A stretch of DNA of 37,465 bases from a virus (taxonomy: Duplodnaviria > Caudoviricetes), in the IMG/VR virus record IMGVR_UViG_3300034691_000045, positions 1 to 37,465 of that record; one strand, 5' to 3'. Position 1 is the first letter of the stretch, and every line of letters begins with the position of its first letter. Under the pieces are notes generated by a model. The model was not told where the DNA came from and did not search any database. It saw nothing but the letters and a program-made list of their open reading frames with translations. Shown piece after piece: positions 1 through 7,637 of this stretch. The position numbers and the translations under genes were made by a program.

Positions 1-12
1 GTAGGGCACGGG

Positions 13-1464
13 TTAGAGGCGCCAGTCTGGGGAGGGGGGCTCGGCGTAGGTGTTGCCAATGCTCACGGGGAACGCAAACGAAAGACACAGGGCGTCGGCG
101 CGATTGCCGCTTCCTATCCCGCGTTTCTTCATGTCTTTCTTGGCCTCGATTTGAATTTTCCCGTCCATGCGCGGGACGGTTTCAGGCGCTTGCAGTTCGT
201 CGCGCAGCGAGGGATCGAGCGGTAGGCACCCACCAGATTTCAGCCAGTCGCGGGCCGATCTCCACATCTCGGCGCGCTTGTTCAGGCATCCTGGGTCGGA
301 TGATTCACCCGCGAACCAGACCAGGGTCCAGGAACGTCCCAGGCCGGAACCGGCAGAGACAATGCCAGTGCCGTAACCGGCATCGACAAACACCGCGTCG
401 GCCCCTTCCTGGTCCTGCCAGCGGGCGATCCGGGCGGCGGCGATCAAGTCGTTGTCGTTTTTCGGGAAGTGGTCGAGTATTCGGAAATTCAACCCTTGGC
501 GCAGGCCGATCACAAACTCATCATCGCCTTCCCAGGCCGGATCGACGGTGAGAATCTTTGGCGCAAAGGCAAACTGCTCGGGGGCGATCTCGCGCCCGTA
601 GGCGCCGTCCACGTCGACCTCGGAGATAAATTGCCGGCTCGACAGACTCGGGAACAACCCGCGGACGCGGACCTTGAAGAAGTCGCTATCCTCGCCGTAG
701 TCCGCGGCCCACTTGGCGATCTGATCCTTGTTGGTCCCGTCGACCTCGCGCGAATCGATCTGGCGCGTGATCCAGCGGTGCTTGAACTTGCGGAAACACT
801 CGCGGAACCGGCCAGAATTGCGCGTCGGGTTGCCGAACGCGAGCCATAGGATTTCCGTGTCCTCGTCGAGCAACACGCCCTCGGCGACCTCCCAGACCTT
901 ATCGGCGATGGCGCTCGCCTCGTCGAAGATCAGCACGATGCGACGGCCCTTGTTGTGCAGACCGGCGAAAGCTTCCGTGTTGTGCTCAGACCATGGAATC
1001 AGGTCGGCGCGCCAGGTCTTGGCGTGCGCCGGATCGCGCAACGTAACCGATTGCGCCTGGGTGTCGAACCAGGCGTCGGTCAGCGACAACCGCGACCACT
1101 TGCGGATCTCCGGGCTGGTCTTGGTGCGTAGCTGCGTCTCGGTGTTGGCCGTGACGATGATGCGGCAGTCGTCTCCGGTCGATAGCGCCCAGTTGACGAT
1201 CATGCCAATAACCGCGCTCTTGCCAATGTCGTGACCGCTGGCGACCGCGAGGTTCAGCGGCTGGCGGCGGCGGACCGGATCACACAGATGGTCGCGGATA
1301 TCGGCCAGCACATCGCGCTGCCAGGCCCGCGGCCCGGCGTAATCGAGCAACTCCCCGAAGCCCCAATCGTAGGCCGACAGCACCCAACGCAGGGGGTCTG
1401 TGGCGCACTCCTCGGCCAACGCGAACAGCGGCTCCAGTGGGTTACTTAGTGCGGTTGCGGGCAC
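13..1464 (-). CDS. terL: Phage terminase large subunit
   Basis: Walker A-like ASGHDIGKS, Walker B LIFDEAS, coupling motif FGNPTRNSGRF, nuclease motifs LTVDPAWEGDD and RADALCLSFA; follows terS. Confidence 0.93.
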   Translation of the reverse strand: MPATALSNPLEPLFALAEECATDPLRWVLSAYDWGFGELLDYAGPRAWQRDVLADIRDHLCDPVRRRQPLNLAVASGHDIGKSAVIGMIVNWALSTGDDCRIIVTANTETQLRTKTSPEIRKWSRLSLTDAWFDTQAQSVTLRDPAHAKTWRADLIPWSEHNTEAFAGLHNKGRRIVLIFDEASAIADKVWEVAEGVLLDEDTEILWLAFGNPTRNSGRFRECFRKFKHRWITRQIDSREVDGTNKDQIAKWAADYGEDSDFFKVRVRGLFPSLSSRQFISEVDVDGAYGREIAPEQFAFAPKILTVDPAWEGDDEFVIGLRQGLNFRILDHFPKNDNDLIAAARIARWQDQEGADAVFVDAGYGTGIVSAGSGLGRSWTLVWFAGESSDPGCLNKRAEMWRSARDWLKSGGCLPLDPSLRDELQAPETVPRMDGKIQIEAKKDMKKRGIGSGNRADALCLSFAFPVSIGNTYAEPPSPDWRL

Positions 1465-1981
1465 GGTTCAGTCGCTCCGCGAGGGCCGCACCAAGGGTCA
1501 GGTCCAGCGAGTCCTTACCCAGGAACATTCCCAAGTGCCGAGCGACGCTATCGAGCGCACCGAGCTTGTTGACCAGTTTGATCTTGAGCACTTCGGCCGG
1601 GGCGGCATCATCGCTGCCGAGCGGGCGCGACACATCCATTCCGGCAATGACCGCGGCCTCGTCGTCGCCGAGTTGGTGGATTGGGACCAAGGACCCGGAG
1701 GTGGAAAAGAATTTGCGGGAGTCGGCGAAAGCGATCCGGCCGTACTCTTGAAGCACGCGATCTACCGTAATTCCTGTTCTAACGGACCGTTCCTTCATCC
1801 GTTTTTCTAGAACTACTTGAACCTTAGGAATTCTTAGCAGGCGATGCGCGCTGACTTCAGCCCCTCTTGCTGAATATCCGGCGCGGATATACGCCTGAGT
1901 GGCGTTCAGGTCGATCAGGTACTCGTCGACGAATTTGGACTGCCTATCTCCAAGTTTGTCAGCCCCTTTCTTCCCAGCCAC
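1442..1981 (-). CDS. terS: Phage terminase small subunit
   Basis: Typical N-terminus QSKFVDEYLIDLNATQAYIRAGYS and C-terminal KLGALDSVARHLGMF. Confidence 0.95.
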   Translation of the reverse strand: MAGKKGADKLGDRQSKFVDEYLIDLNATQAYIRAGYSARGAEVSAHRLLRIPKVQVVLEKRMKERSVRTGITVDRVLQEYGRIAFADSRKFFSTSGSLVPIHQLGDDEAAVIAGMDVSRPLGSDDAAPAEVLKIKLVNKLGALDSVARHLGMFLGKDSLDLTLGAALAERLNRARNRTK

Positions 1982-1995
1982 ACATCAGAACCCCA

Positions 1996-2030
1996 AAGAA
2001 AAGCCCCACCCCGGAGAACCGGGGCAGGGC
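1996..2030 (-). terminator. Intrinsic terminator upstream of terS (tR'-like)
   Basis: Minus strand GCCCTGCCCCGGTTCTCCGGGGTGGGGC hairpin followed by TTTTCTTT. Confidence 0.6.
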
Positions 2031-2064
2031 CATATGTGGTGCGGGCGCGACACCCGCGATCTTT

Positions 2065-2097
2065 GGAATAACTAGCCGTTTTTTCGCGGAAAGTCAA
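2065..2097 (-). promoter_or_regulatory. Putative late promoter (pR'-like)
   Basis: TTGACT at 2097-2092, 17 nt, then a weak -10 (TAGTTA/TATTCC); lies upstream of the terminator and terS. Confidence 0.35.
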
Positions 2098-2321
2098 GAG
2101 CTATCGCGTTTCCCGGTGGTTGCGGGCGAGTCCGACCCGCCGGCGCGCAGCCGCTCGGCAGGGGCGGGGTCCCGCGCGGCGCACAGGGCGGCGGCGTGAT
2201 CCCGCACGGACTGCGCTTTGGCGGCCGGAACCCAGACCCGGACCCGTACCAGGCCGGCGGCGGTCTGCGCCTCGACGTGTCGGGCGCGGCGGGCGGGGGC
2301 TGTTGGGTCTTTAATGGTCAC
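2094..2321 (-). CDS. Small DNA-binding protein, DUF3018/MazE-like antitoxin-type
   Basis: GTG start overlapping the upstream TGA; motif RRARH..QTAAGLVRVRVWVP resembles the DUF3018 'GLRPVQIWVP' signature. Confidence 0.55.
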   Translation of the reverse strand: MTIKDPTAPARRARHVEAQTAAGLVRVRVWVPAAKAQSVRDHAAALCAARDPAPAERLRAGGSDSPATTGKRDSS

Positions 2322-2767
2322 AACGTCAGCTCGGCGGCGCCCACGCGGACCCGCACGGCACCGCGGGCGCGCATTTCGTCGGCGGCGCGCCTCCAGTATG
2401 CCGGGCCGGTCTCTGCGATGGCGGCGCGCGGGAACAGCCATTCAGTGCTGACCGGCTCGGCGCCGTCGCTATAAGCGCGGTGAGCTGATGCGGCCCACTC
2501 CGCCCCGCGCTCAGCAGTGCGCGCCTCGGTCTGGGTGCGCCCGTCGTAGCACAGCACGCGCCGGGCCGGATCAGTCGCTGAGCGGGCGGACCACAACTCG
2601 GGCGGGACGTGCTCAGCGAGCCAGCGGGCGGGACCCGTCAGGGTATCGGTGTCGGTCTCCAGATCGCGGACGTAGCTGGTTTTGCTGGCCGGATGGTGCG
2701 GGTAATGCACAATGACGCGGGCCTGTTGGTCCCAATTATTGGCGGCGGCGATGTGTTTGGTTTGCAT
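2318..2767 (-). CDS. Hypothetical protein (moron)
   Basis: 149-aa ORF with GGAG RBS, coupled to the downstream gene. Confidence 0.7.
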   Translation of the reverse strand: MQTKHIAAANNWDQQARVIVHYPHHPASKTSYVRDLETDTDTLTGPARWLAEHVPPELWSARSATDPARRVLCYDGRTQTEARTAERGAEWAASAHRAYSDGAEPVSTEWLFPRAAIAETGPAYWRRAADEMRARGAVRVRVGAAELTL

Positions 2768-2817
2768 GGTCTACTCCAAGAGGCAGTTGGTGCCCCGTCC
2801 GTGGGGCTGGTTTATCG

Positions 2818-3138
2818 CTAAGCCGAAAAATCAGACAGGCTTTTTCCGATCGATTCAGCGAGCGCGTAGTACGTCGGATAGCTCACCCCTTCGACCAGGG
2901 CGACCCCGTTGCCGTAAGAGTCCTGGAATACCTCAATCCCTTTTGCGATCGACACGGCGCGGACCAGGGCGTCGGAATCAATTTTGGTCGCCGTCGCGTC
3001 GTCACCGAACTGCTTCACTACGTCAGCATAGTCCGTATATCCGGCGTCCTGGGCGTAAGCGTCCAGCGCCTCGGCCGCCGTGCCAGCGTCGTATTCGCCC
3101 ATGTCGTTACCGTTCGCGTCGATTGTGTATGTGCTCAT
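2818..3138 (-). CDS. Acidic hypothetical protein (moron)
   Basis: 106-aa ORF, GGGA RBS, directly downstream of a sigma70-like promoter. Confidence 0.75.
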   Translation of the reverse strand: MSTYTIDANGNDMGEYDAGTAAEALDAYAQDAGYTDYADVVKQFGDDATATKIDSDALVRAVSIAKGIEVFQDSYGNGVALVEGVSYPTYYALAESIGKSLSDFSA

Positions 3139-3186
3139 TTCATTTTCCCGCTGGTGGGACGGCGGTTTGCTGCCCCGATGTCAGCC

Positions 3187-3237
3187 ACACTAACCGTTCG
3201 CCCCGACACCTGCAAGCGGTTTCGCGTTCGCCCCGAC
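3187..3237 (-). promoter_or_regulatory. Sigma70-like promoter with two 13-bp direct-repeat operators
   Basis: -35 TTGCAG (3215-3210), 17 bp, -10 TAGTGT (3192-3187); CGTTCGCCCCGAC at 3195-3207 (in the spacer) and 3225-3237. Confidence 0.6.
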
Positions 3238-3248
3238 GAACGGCGGTT

Positions 3249-3842
3249 TTAGCCCCTCCAGTGAGCCCTAATCCACCCTCCAGCCTCCCCCTCCAGCCGC
3301 CGCCCGGCGGCTAGGATGTCGAGGTAGCGCGCCTTCCACTCCCCCCGCCACGAGCCATCGTGACGCGCCGGAAGGCCCGGCCAGTCACGCGCGATCATCC
3401 CGCGACGCTCCTCGTCGCTGACCCGCGGGTTGCGCATCTGCACCGCCGGGCGCAGCTCCCACACCGCCAACCCCGCCAGCGCCGAGACCATGCCCTGGGG
3501 CCACCACCGCCCGTGCTTCATGGACTTCAGCCGGACCTCCAGGTCCTCGGCCTTACCGACCAGTGCCCGCAACACCTCGGCGTGGATGGTGTCGTCATCC
3601 ACGCCGTTGGACCACAACAAGCACGCCAGGGCCTCGGGCCGCATCCCCCGGCAGGCGAACACCGCGCGCTCCCAGGAGGCGCCGTGCGCGCCGGAAGTCC
3701 CGGCCGAACCCTCGCGTAACTGGTCCCAGCCGCGGGCGGCGATGGCAAACCCGCGCACGACCTGCTCCACGGGATCGGGCCGGCGCTCGTCGCCCGGCCA
3801 CTCGGGCAGGCGGCGCTTGCGTGCTATGGCTGTCGGTCGCAC
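3249..3842 (-). CDS. Putative late-gene antiterminator (Q-like)
   Basis: Size, position before the packaging genes, and C-terminal W..EWKARY..IL...RRLEGEA pattern seen in lambdoid Q-like proteins. Confidence 0.45.
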   Translation of the reverse strand: MRPTAIARKRRLPEWPGDERRPDPVEQVVRGFAIAARGWDQLREGSAGTSGAHGASWERAVFACRGMRPEALACLLWSNGVDDDTIHAEVLRALVGKAEDLEVRLKSMKHGRWWPQGMVSALAGLAVWELRPAVQMRNPRVSDEERRGMIARDWPGLPARHDGSWRGEWKARYLDILAAGRRLEGEAGGWIRAHWRG

Positions 3843-4285
3843 TATTTCACCCCCGGCAGGCGCGGCAGGGCGGCAAGTTCATAGTGCATACAATCCAATC
3901 TCCCCCTCCAGGCCCCACCCCACGCGAAACCAGCCTCCACGAAACAGGCGGTCAGCCGCGGGTCCTGCTTAGATGCCGCCCCCAGCGGGTTCCAGGCCGC
4001 GTTTATGTCCACCGCCAGGCCCCACGAGTGCAGCGACATCGTTGCCCGGCCGCGCTTCCTTCGCACCTGGAAACAGCCGTCCCAGGTGCGCAGCAACCCA
4101 GTCAGGTCGCGCTCTACAATCAACCCCAAGGCGCGGCTGAGCGGCCCCACCAGGTCCCGATTGCAATAGACCCGCCTGGGGACCGCGCCGATTTCCAGGG
4201 CGGTTGGAACATCGTACAACACCATCGCTTTCTCCCGTGTTGGATCGCCGTAGCGGGCGAGGGCTTGGGCGGCGGTGATACTCAT
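3842..4285 (-). CDS. Endolysin, peptidase M15 family
   Basis: SLHSWGLAVDIN and DCMHYEL zinc-peptidase motifs. Confidence 0.9.
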   Translation of the reverse strand: MSITAAQALARYGDPTREKAMVLYDVPTALEIGAVPRRVYCNRDLVGPLSRALGLIVERDLTGLLRTWDGCFQVRRKRGRATMSLHSWGLAVDINAAWNPLGAASKQDPRLTACFVEAGFAWGGAWRGRLDCMHYELAALPRLPGVK

Positions 4286-4605
4286 GGAGTTGCCCCCCTC
4301 AGCACCGTCAATATCGCGGCTACGGTAATAGCAATTCCAGTGCCGATGGTAATCAATTTGATCCAGCGGGCCGAATTGCTCTCACGCTGCGCATTGCGGC
4401 GGTTGGTTTCCTCGATCAGCATCATCGACATGGCATCAGCCACCATTTTCACGTTATGCACGTCGCCATGCACGTCCGCAAGCTGGTCCTGCATCAGCAC
4501 CAGCTTGCCCTCAATCGCCACCAGTCGCCGCTCGAATGACAGCGAGGGGTCCTCGTCCGTGCTGCGATAGCGGTCGATGCTGATACGATCATCCCGCATC
4601 GGCAT
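4282..4605 (-). CDS. Lysis-cassette membrane protein (coiled coil plus C-terminal TM)
   Basis: Heptad region followed by hydrophobic WIKLITIGTGIAITVAAILTVL; sits between holin-like gene and endolysin. Confidence 0.6.
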   Translation of the reverse strand: MPMRDDRISIDRYRSTDEDPSLSFERRLVAIEGKLVLMQDQLADVHGDVHNVKMVADAMSMMLIEETNRRNAQRESNSARWIKLITIGTGIAITVAAILTVLRGATP

Positions 4606-4900
4606 TGCCCGGTTGCCCCGGATCGGTGATGCGGGTCGCGGCCCCGCCGAGCACCCGGTCGGGCAGCAGGACACCGAGCACCTCTGACGCGGCGACACCC
4701 AACATTCCGATTTCCTTGATTTTTGTTGGCCAGATAAGGATCAAGACCAGCGTCGCGAGCCGCCCCAGGCTGCGCCAGGTCGATGCCTCGCGGGCACGGG
4801 CGAGCAGCCAGCGGGTGACCGCGGTACGGGGCGAGATCACGACCACCACGGGGCCGGTCGGGACTGTCGGGTCAGGCAAGGGGGCGTCGAAATAGCTCAT
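4589..4900 (-). CDS. Putative holin
   Basis: RAREASTWRSL followed by two hydrophobic segments; adjacent to endolysin. Confidence 0.6.
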   Translation of the reverse strand: MSYFDAPLPDPTVPTGPVVVVISPRTAVTRWLLARAREASTWRSLGRLATLVLILIWPTKIKEIGMLGVAASEVLGVLLPDRVLGGAATRITDPGQPGNADAG

Positions 4901-4932
4901 GGAATACTCGGTTGCGGGTTGATGTGTACAGT

Positions 4933-5397
4933 CTAGCGGGTATCTGCGGGCGGCAGAGAACCGCGGCCGGCATCGAGCGCGAGGTACGCCAGAATCACGG
5001 CGCGGGCCGCTTCCCAGCCCTGGCAAACGTGGCAGGAGTGGCCCACGGCGGCCAGGTCTGCAAGCCACTGCGACTGCTCGCTCGTCGGCTTCGGCTTGCG
5101 CCCTTGCCGTTTCATTTCAATGCGCAGACCGCAGAAGTTGCCACGGGGCACCGGTAGGTCCAGATCCGGGACACCCGGCTTCACGCCCTCGGCCTGGAGC
5201 CCCACCGCGACCGCGGCATACCGCTCGCCGCCGTTGGGTATGGCGTGCAACAGGCGCAGTTCGGGGCGTCGGCGCTCCTCCCAAGCGGCCCAGGCGATGA
5301 GCGCGCATTGGTCCTCGTGCTCGGTCGGCCAGACGATCGGGTTGCGGGCCTTGCGGCGGCCGTCGAAGAGGTCAAGTTGGGTCGGGATCGCTGTCAT
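4933..5397 (-). CDS. VRR-NUC domain nuclease
   Basis: HAIPNGG, EGVKPGVPDL, IEMK, SEQSQW motifs. Confidence 0.9.
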   Translation of the reverse strand: MTAIPTQLDLFDGRRKARNPIVWPTEHEDQCALIAWAAWEERRRPELRLLHAIPNGGERYAAVAVGLQAEGVKPGVPDLDLPVPRGNFCGLRIEMKRQGRKPKPTSEQSQWLADLAAVGHSCHVCQGWEAARAVILAYLALDAGRGSLPPADTR

Positions 5398-5761
5398 TGG
5401 TCGTCGCCGCCACGGTTTCGTTCAGCACTTCCTCGTACAGGACTCGCGGCAGAATGGCACGCGCTTGGCGCATAAACTCGCGCTCGAAACGCACACTCTG
5501 GGCCTCAGAAGCGGTGGCGCGCTGCTCCTTTAGGGCAACCCCAAGCGCGATCTGCACCTCGCCGATCTGGCGGCCCTTGATCCGCTCGGCGTGTTTAGCG
5601 GACGTAAACCATTCACGGTCGGAAAATACCCCGTCCACCGCCGCCGCACTGCGGGCGTCCTCCAACTGCTTGGTGATCTCGTCCTTGTCGCGCTTCAATC
5701 GATCTAGCAGCTGACGGATTTCGTCGGCTGTCATATTGTTGATATTTTTCATTTCAATCAC
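5372..5761 (-). CDS. Hypothetical coiled-coil protein
   Basis: 129-aa ORF overlapping neighbours in operon style. Confidence 0.7.
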   Translation of the reverse strand: MIEMKNINNMTADEIRQLLDRLKRDKDEITKQLEDARSAAAVDGVFSDREWFTSAKHAERIKGRQIGEVQIALGVALKEQRATASEAQSVRFEREFMRQARAILPRVLYEEVLNETVAATTNDSDPDPT

Positions 5762-5961
5762 GCAAGAGCATAGATAAGAAAATCGCGCAGTTTCTTGGCG
5801 TCTTCCCTGGAAAGGAAAGGAAGCTCAGTTTCTTCTGTTTCAACCAACGTATCGGGAATGTAGGTTATAAAAAACTCGTAATCAGCCCTTAACTCGAATT
5901 TCATCCAAGTATCATCTTCGGCGAAAAGATAAAGTTCTTTTGTTTGGGATCGATTAGTCAT
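5758..5961 (-). CDS. Hypothetical protein, AT-rich
   Basis: 67-aa ORF coupled to the next gene; visibly lower GC. Confidence 0.65.
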   Translation of the reverse strand: MTNRSQTKELYLFAEDDTWMKFELRADYEFFITYIPDTLVETEETELPFLSREDAKKLRDFLIYALA

Positions 5962-5966
5962 TATTC

Positions 5967-6431
5967 TCAGTCATCCGCTGATACGGCCGCACCGCCCACA
6001 GGGCGCAGGGCGACCAGTCGCTCGCGAGCCGCCGCCCGCCAGGCGTCGCTGACCACTTTGCGCCGCCGGATGCCCAGGATCGACAGGCACGCCAGTATCT
6101 CGTCGCGCGTCAACCGCCGCGTCCACGCCTCCCCGTCGAGCACATGCCACGCACCCCAGGTCGCAGCCGCACCCGGCGCGTGCGGCGCGTGGTCCGGGGC
6201 CAGCAGGTCAGCGAGACCGACCAGGATCGCCGTCACCTTGCGCGGCGTCAGGCCCGCCGTTGGGTCGCGGGAGTTGCACAGCCACACGTCCCAACCGCTC
6301 GCGATGGGCACGATGCGGCAGAACTTGCCGACGACCGCCCACTCGTTGTCGGCGCAACCGTCAAAATCCTGCCGGATCGCCGTCCTGGAGATCTGGCTGT
6401 CGAAGGCGGCGAACAGCTCGGATTTGGTCAT
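5967..6431 (-). CDS. Hypothetical protein
   Basis: 154-aa ORF with GAGGAG RBS. Confidence 0.7.
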   Translation of the reverse strand: MTKSELFAAFDSQISRTAIRQDFDGCADNEWAVVGKFCRIVPIASGWDVWLCNSRDPTAGLTPRKVTAILVGLADLLAPDHAPHAPGAAATWGAWHVLDGEAWTRRLTRDEILACLSILGIRRRKVVSDAWRAAARERLVALRPVGGAAVSADD

Positions 6432-6610
6432 CGCTGGGAATCTCCTCGTTTTTGGATAGCTGGCCGGCTACCCGCCACACTCGCACCGCCAGTGGGCCGC
6501 TTTTCGCGTAGATGCCATTTTGCTCGACGTTTTAGAAATTCTGCGGGCATTCTAGGCCCGCTCCCAGGGTGCCGTTTGCCGGTTGCCGTCGCGGGCGGTG
6601 TAGTCGGCAC
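6428..6610 (-). CDS. Small hypothetical protein
   Basis: Fills the gap between coupled genes; stop overlaps the next ATG. Confidence 0.35.
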   Translation of the reverse strand: MPTTPPATATGKRHPGSGPRMPAEFLKRRAKWHLREKRPTGGASVAGSRPAIQKRGDSQR

Positions 6611-7069
6611 TCACGACTCCGGCTCAAACAGCGAAAACCCGGCCCGCAGCAGCGCCAGTTGCGCGCAGCACTCGAAACCCCGCACCCACTGGCTCGGCGC
6701 CCGTCCCTGCGATGCGTCGTAGGGCGCCTCGGCCGCCAGCAGCCGGCAGGCGTCGCTGTAGTGCTCGCGCAGGACGGCCAGCAGCAGCGCCGGGTCGCCC
6801 ACCTCGGGCGGGTGGGGTTGGACTTCGACCGGCGGTGCCCGGGGCGGGGGGCGCGGTGGCGGGTCCATCTCGCGCAGCCGGGCCTCCAGCTCGCGCGGGA
6901 AAACATGCTCGGCCGGGATCTGCGCCGCCGCCTGGTGGGCCGCCATCGCCTTACGGGCGGCCAGCGCCTCGGCGCTCGGGGCCTGGATCAGCATCGATGC
7001 CGCCAGGGCGTCCGGGTCCATGCGTCGCTTGGGCGGGTTGCGACCCGTGTTGTAGCGCGGGCCGGTCAC
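6611..7069 (-). CDS. Hypothetical protein
   Basis: GTG start in GTGA overlap with upstream stop; GC3-rich codons. Confidence 0.6.
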   Translation of the reverse strand: MTGPRYNTGRNPPKRRMDPDALAASMLIQAPSAEALAARKAMAAHQAAAQIPAEHVFPRELEARLREMDPPPRPPPRAPPVEVQPHPPEVGDPALLLAVLREHYSDACRLLAAEAPYDASQGRAPSQWVRGFECCAQLALLRAGFSLFEPES

Positions 7070-7329
7070 GGCTTGCCCCCCAGTACCCGCGCGGCCAAAC
7101 GGGCCTCCACGAACGTCAGCGCCATCGCGGCTGTCGCCGGCGGGTAGCCTTCGAGCAGCCGCTCCAGGGCCGCGGCGCACCAGGCGGTTTCGACCTGCAT
7201 GGACACGGGCAAGGCCGCGATGATGCCCTCCATGATTTCTAGCCTGCCAGCCGTGGTTTTCGGCTGCTGGGTCGCGGCATCGGCCAGCAGGCGGTCGATG
7301 CGGCGGATGCGGTCGCTGATATCGCTCAT
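7066..7329 (-). CDS. Hypothetical protein
   Basis: 87-aa helical ORF, ATGA coupling, GGAG RBS. Confidence 0.65.
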   Translation of the reverse strand: MSDISDRIRRIDRLLADAATQQPKTTAGRLEIMEGIIAALPVSMQVETAWCAAALERLLEGYPPATAAMALTFVEARLAARVLGGKP

Positions 7330-7637
7330 TGGGGGCTCTCCGGGGGTTGGTCGGTAGGGTGGGCAGGGTCAGGGGCCGCGGATGGCTCTACGGGGCGCTG
7401 GTGCGCTCTGGCGGCCATCCGCTGCACCGGGTCGGGGTCGGGATTGGACCGCGGCGCCGGATCGAGAAACCAGGCCGGGTCGCGACCGCGGGGGAGGCAC
7501 CAGGCGCGGATCGCCTCCGGGGTCCAGTCGGCGGCGGTGCGCGGGTGCGCCTCGGCGTCCAGGTCAGCCGACAGGTCGGCCGGGTCGGGTAGGCCGGTCC
7601 AGGGCTGGGGCCCGGGGGAGGGGTTGGTCATGGACAT
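7326..7637 (-). CDS. Proline-rich hypothetical protein
   Basis: 103-aa ORF coupled on both sides. Confidence 0.55.
   Translation of the reverse strand: MSMTNPSPGPQPWTGLPDPADLSADLDAEAHPRTAADWTPEAIRAWCLPRGRDPAWFLDPAPRSNPDPDPVQRMAARAHQRPVEPSAAPDPAHPTDQPPESPQ

Noticed and set aside
3563-4570. 335-aa plus-strand ORF over the lysis genes
   Set aside because: Antisense to the endolysin and Q-like genes; low-complexity R/P/A composition
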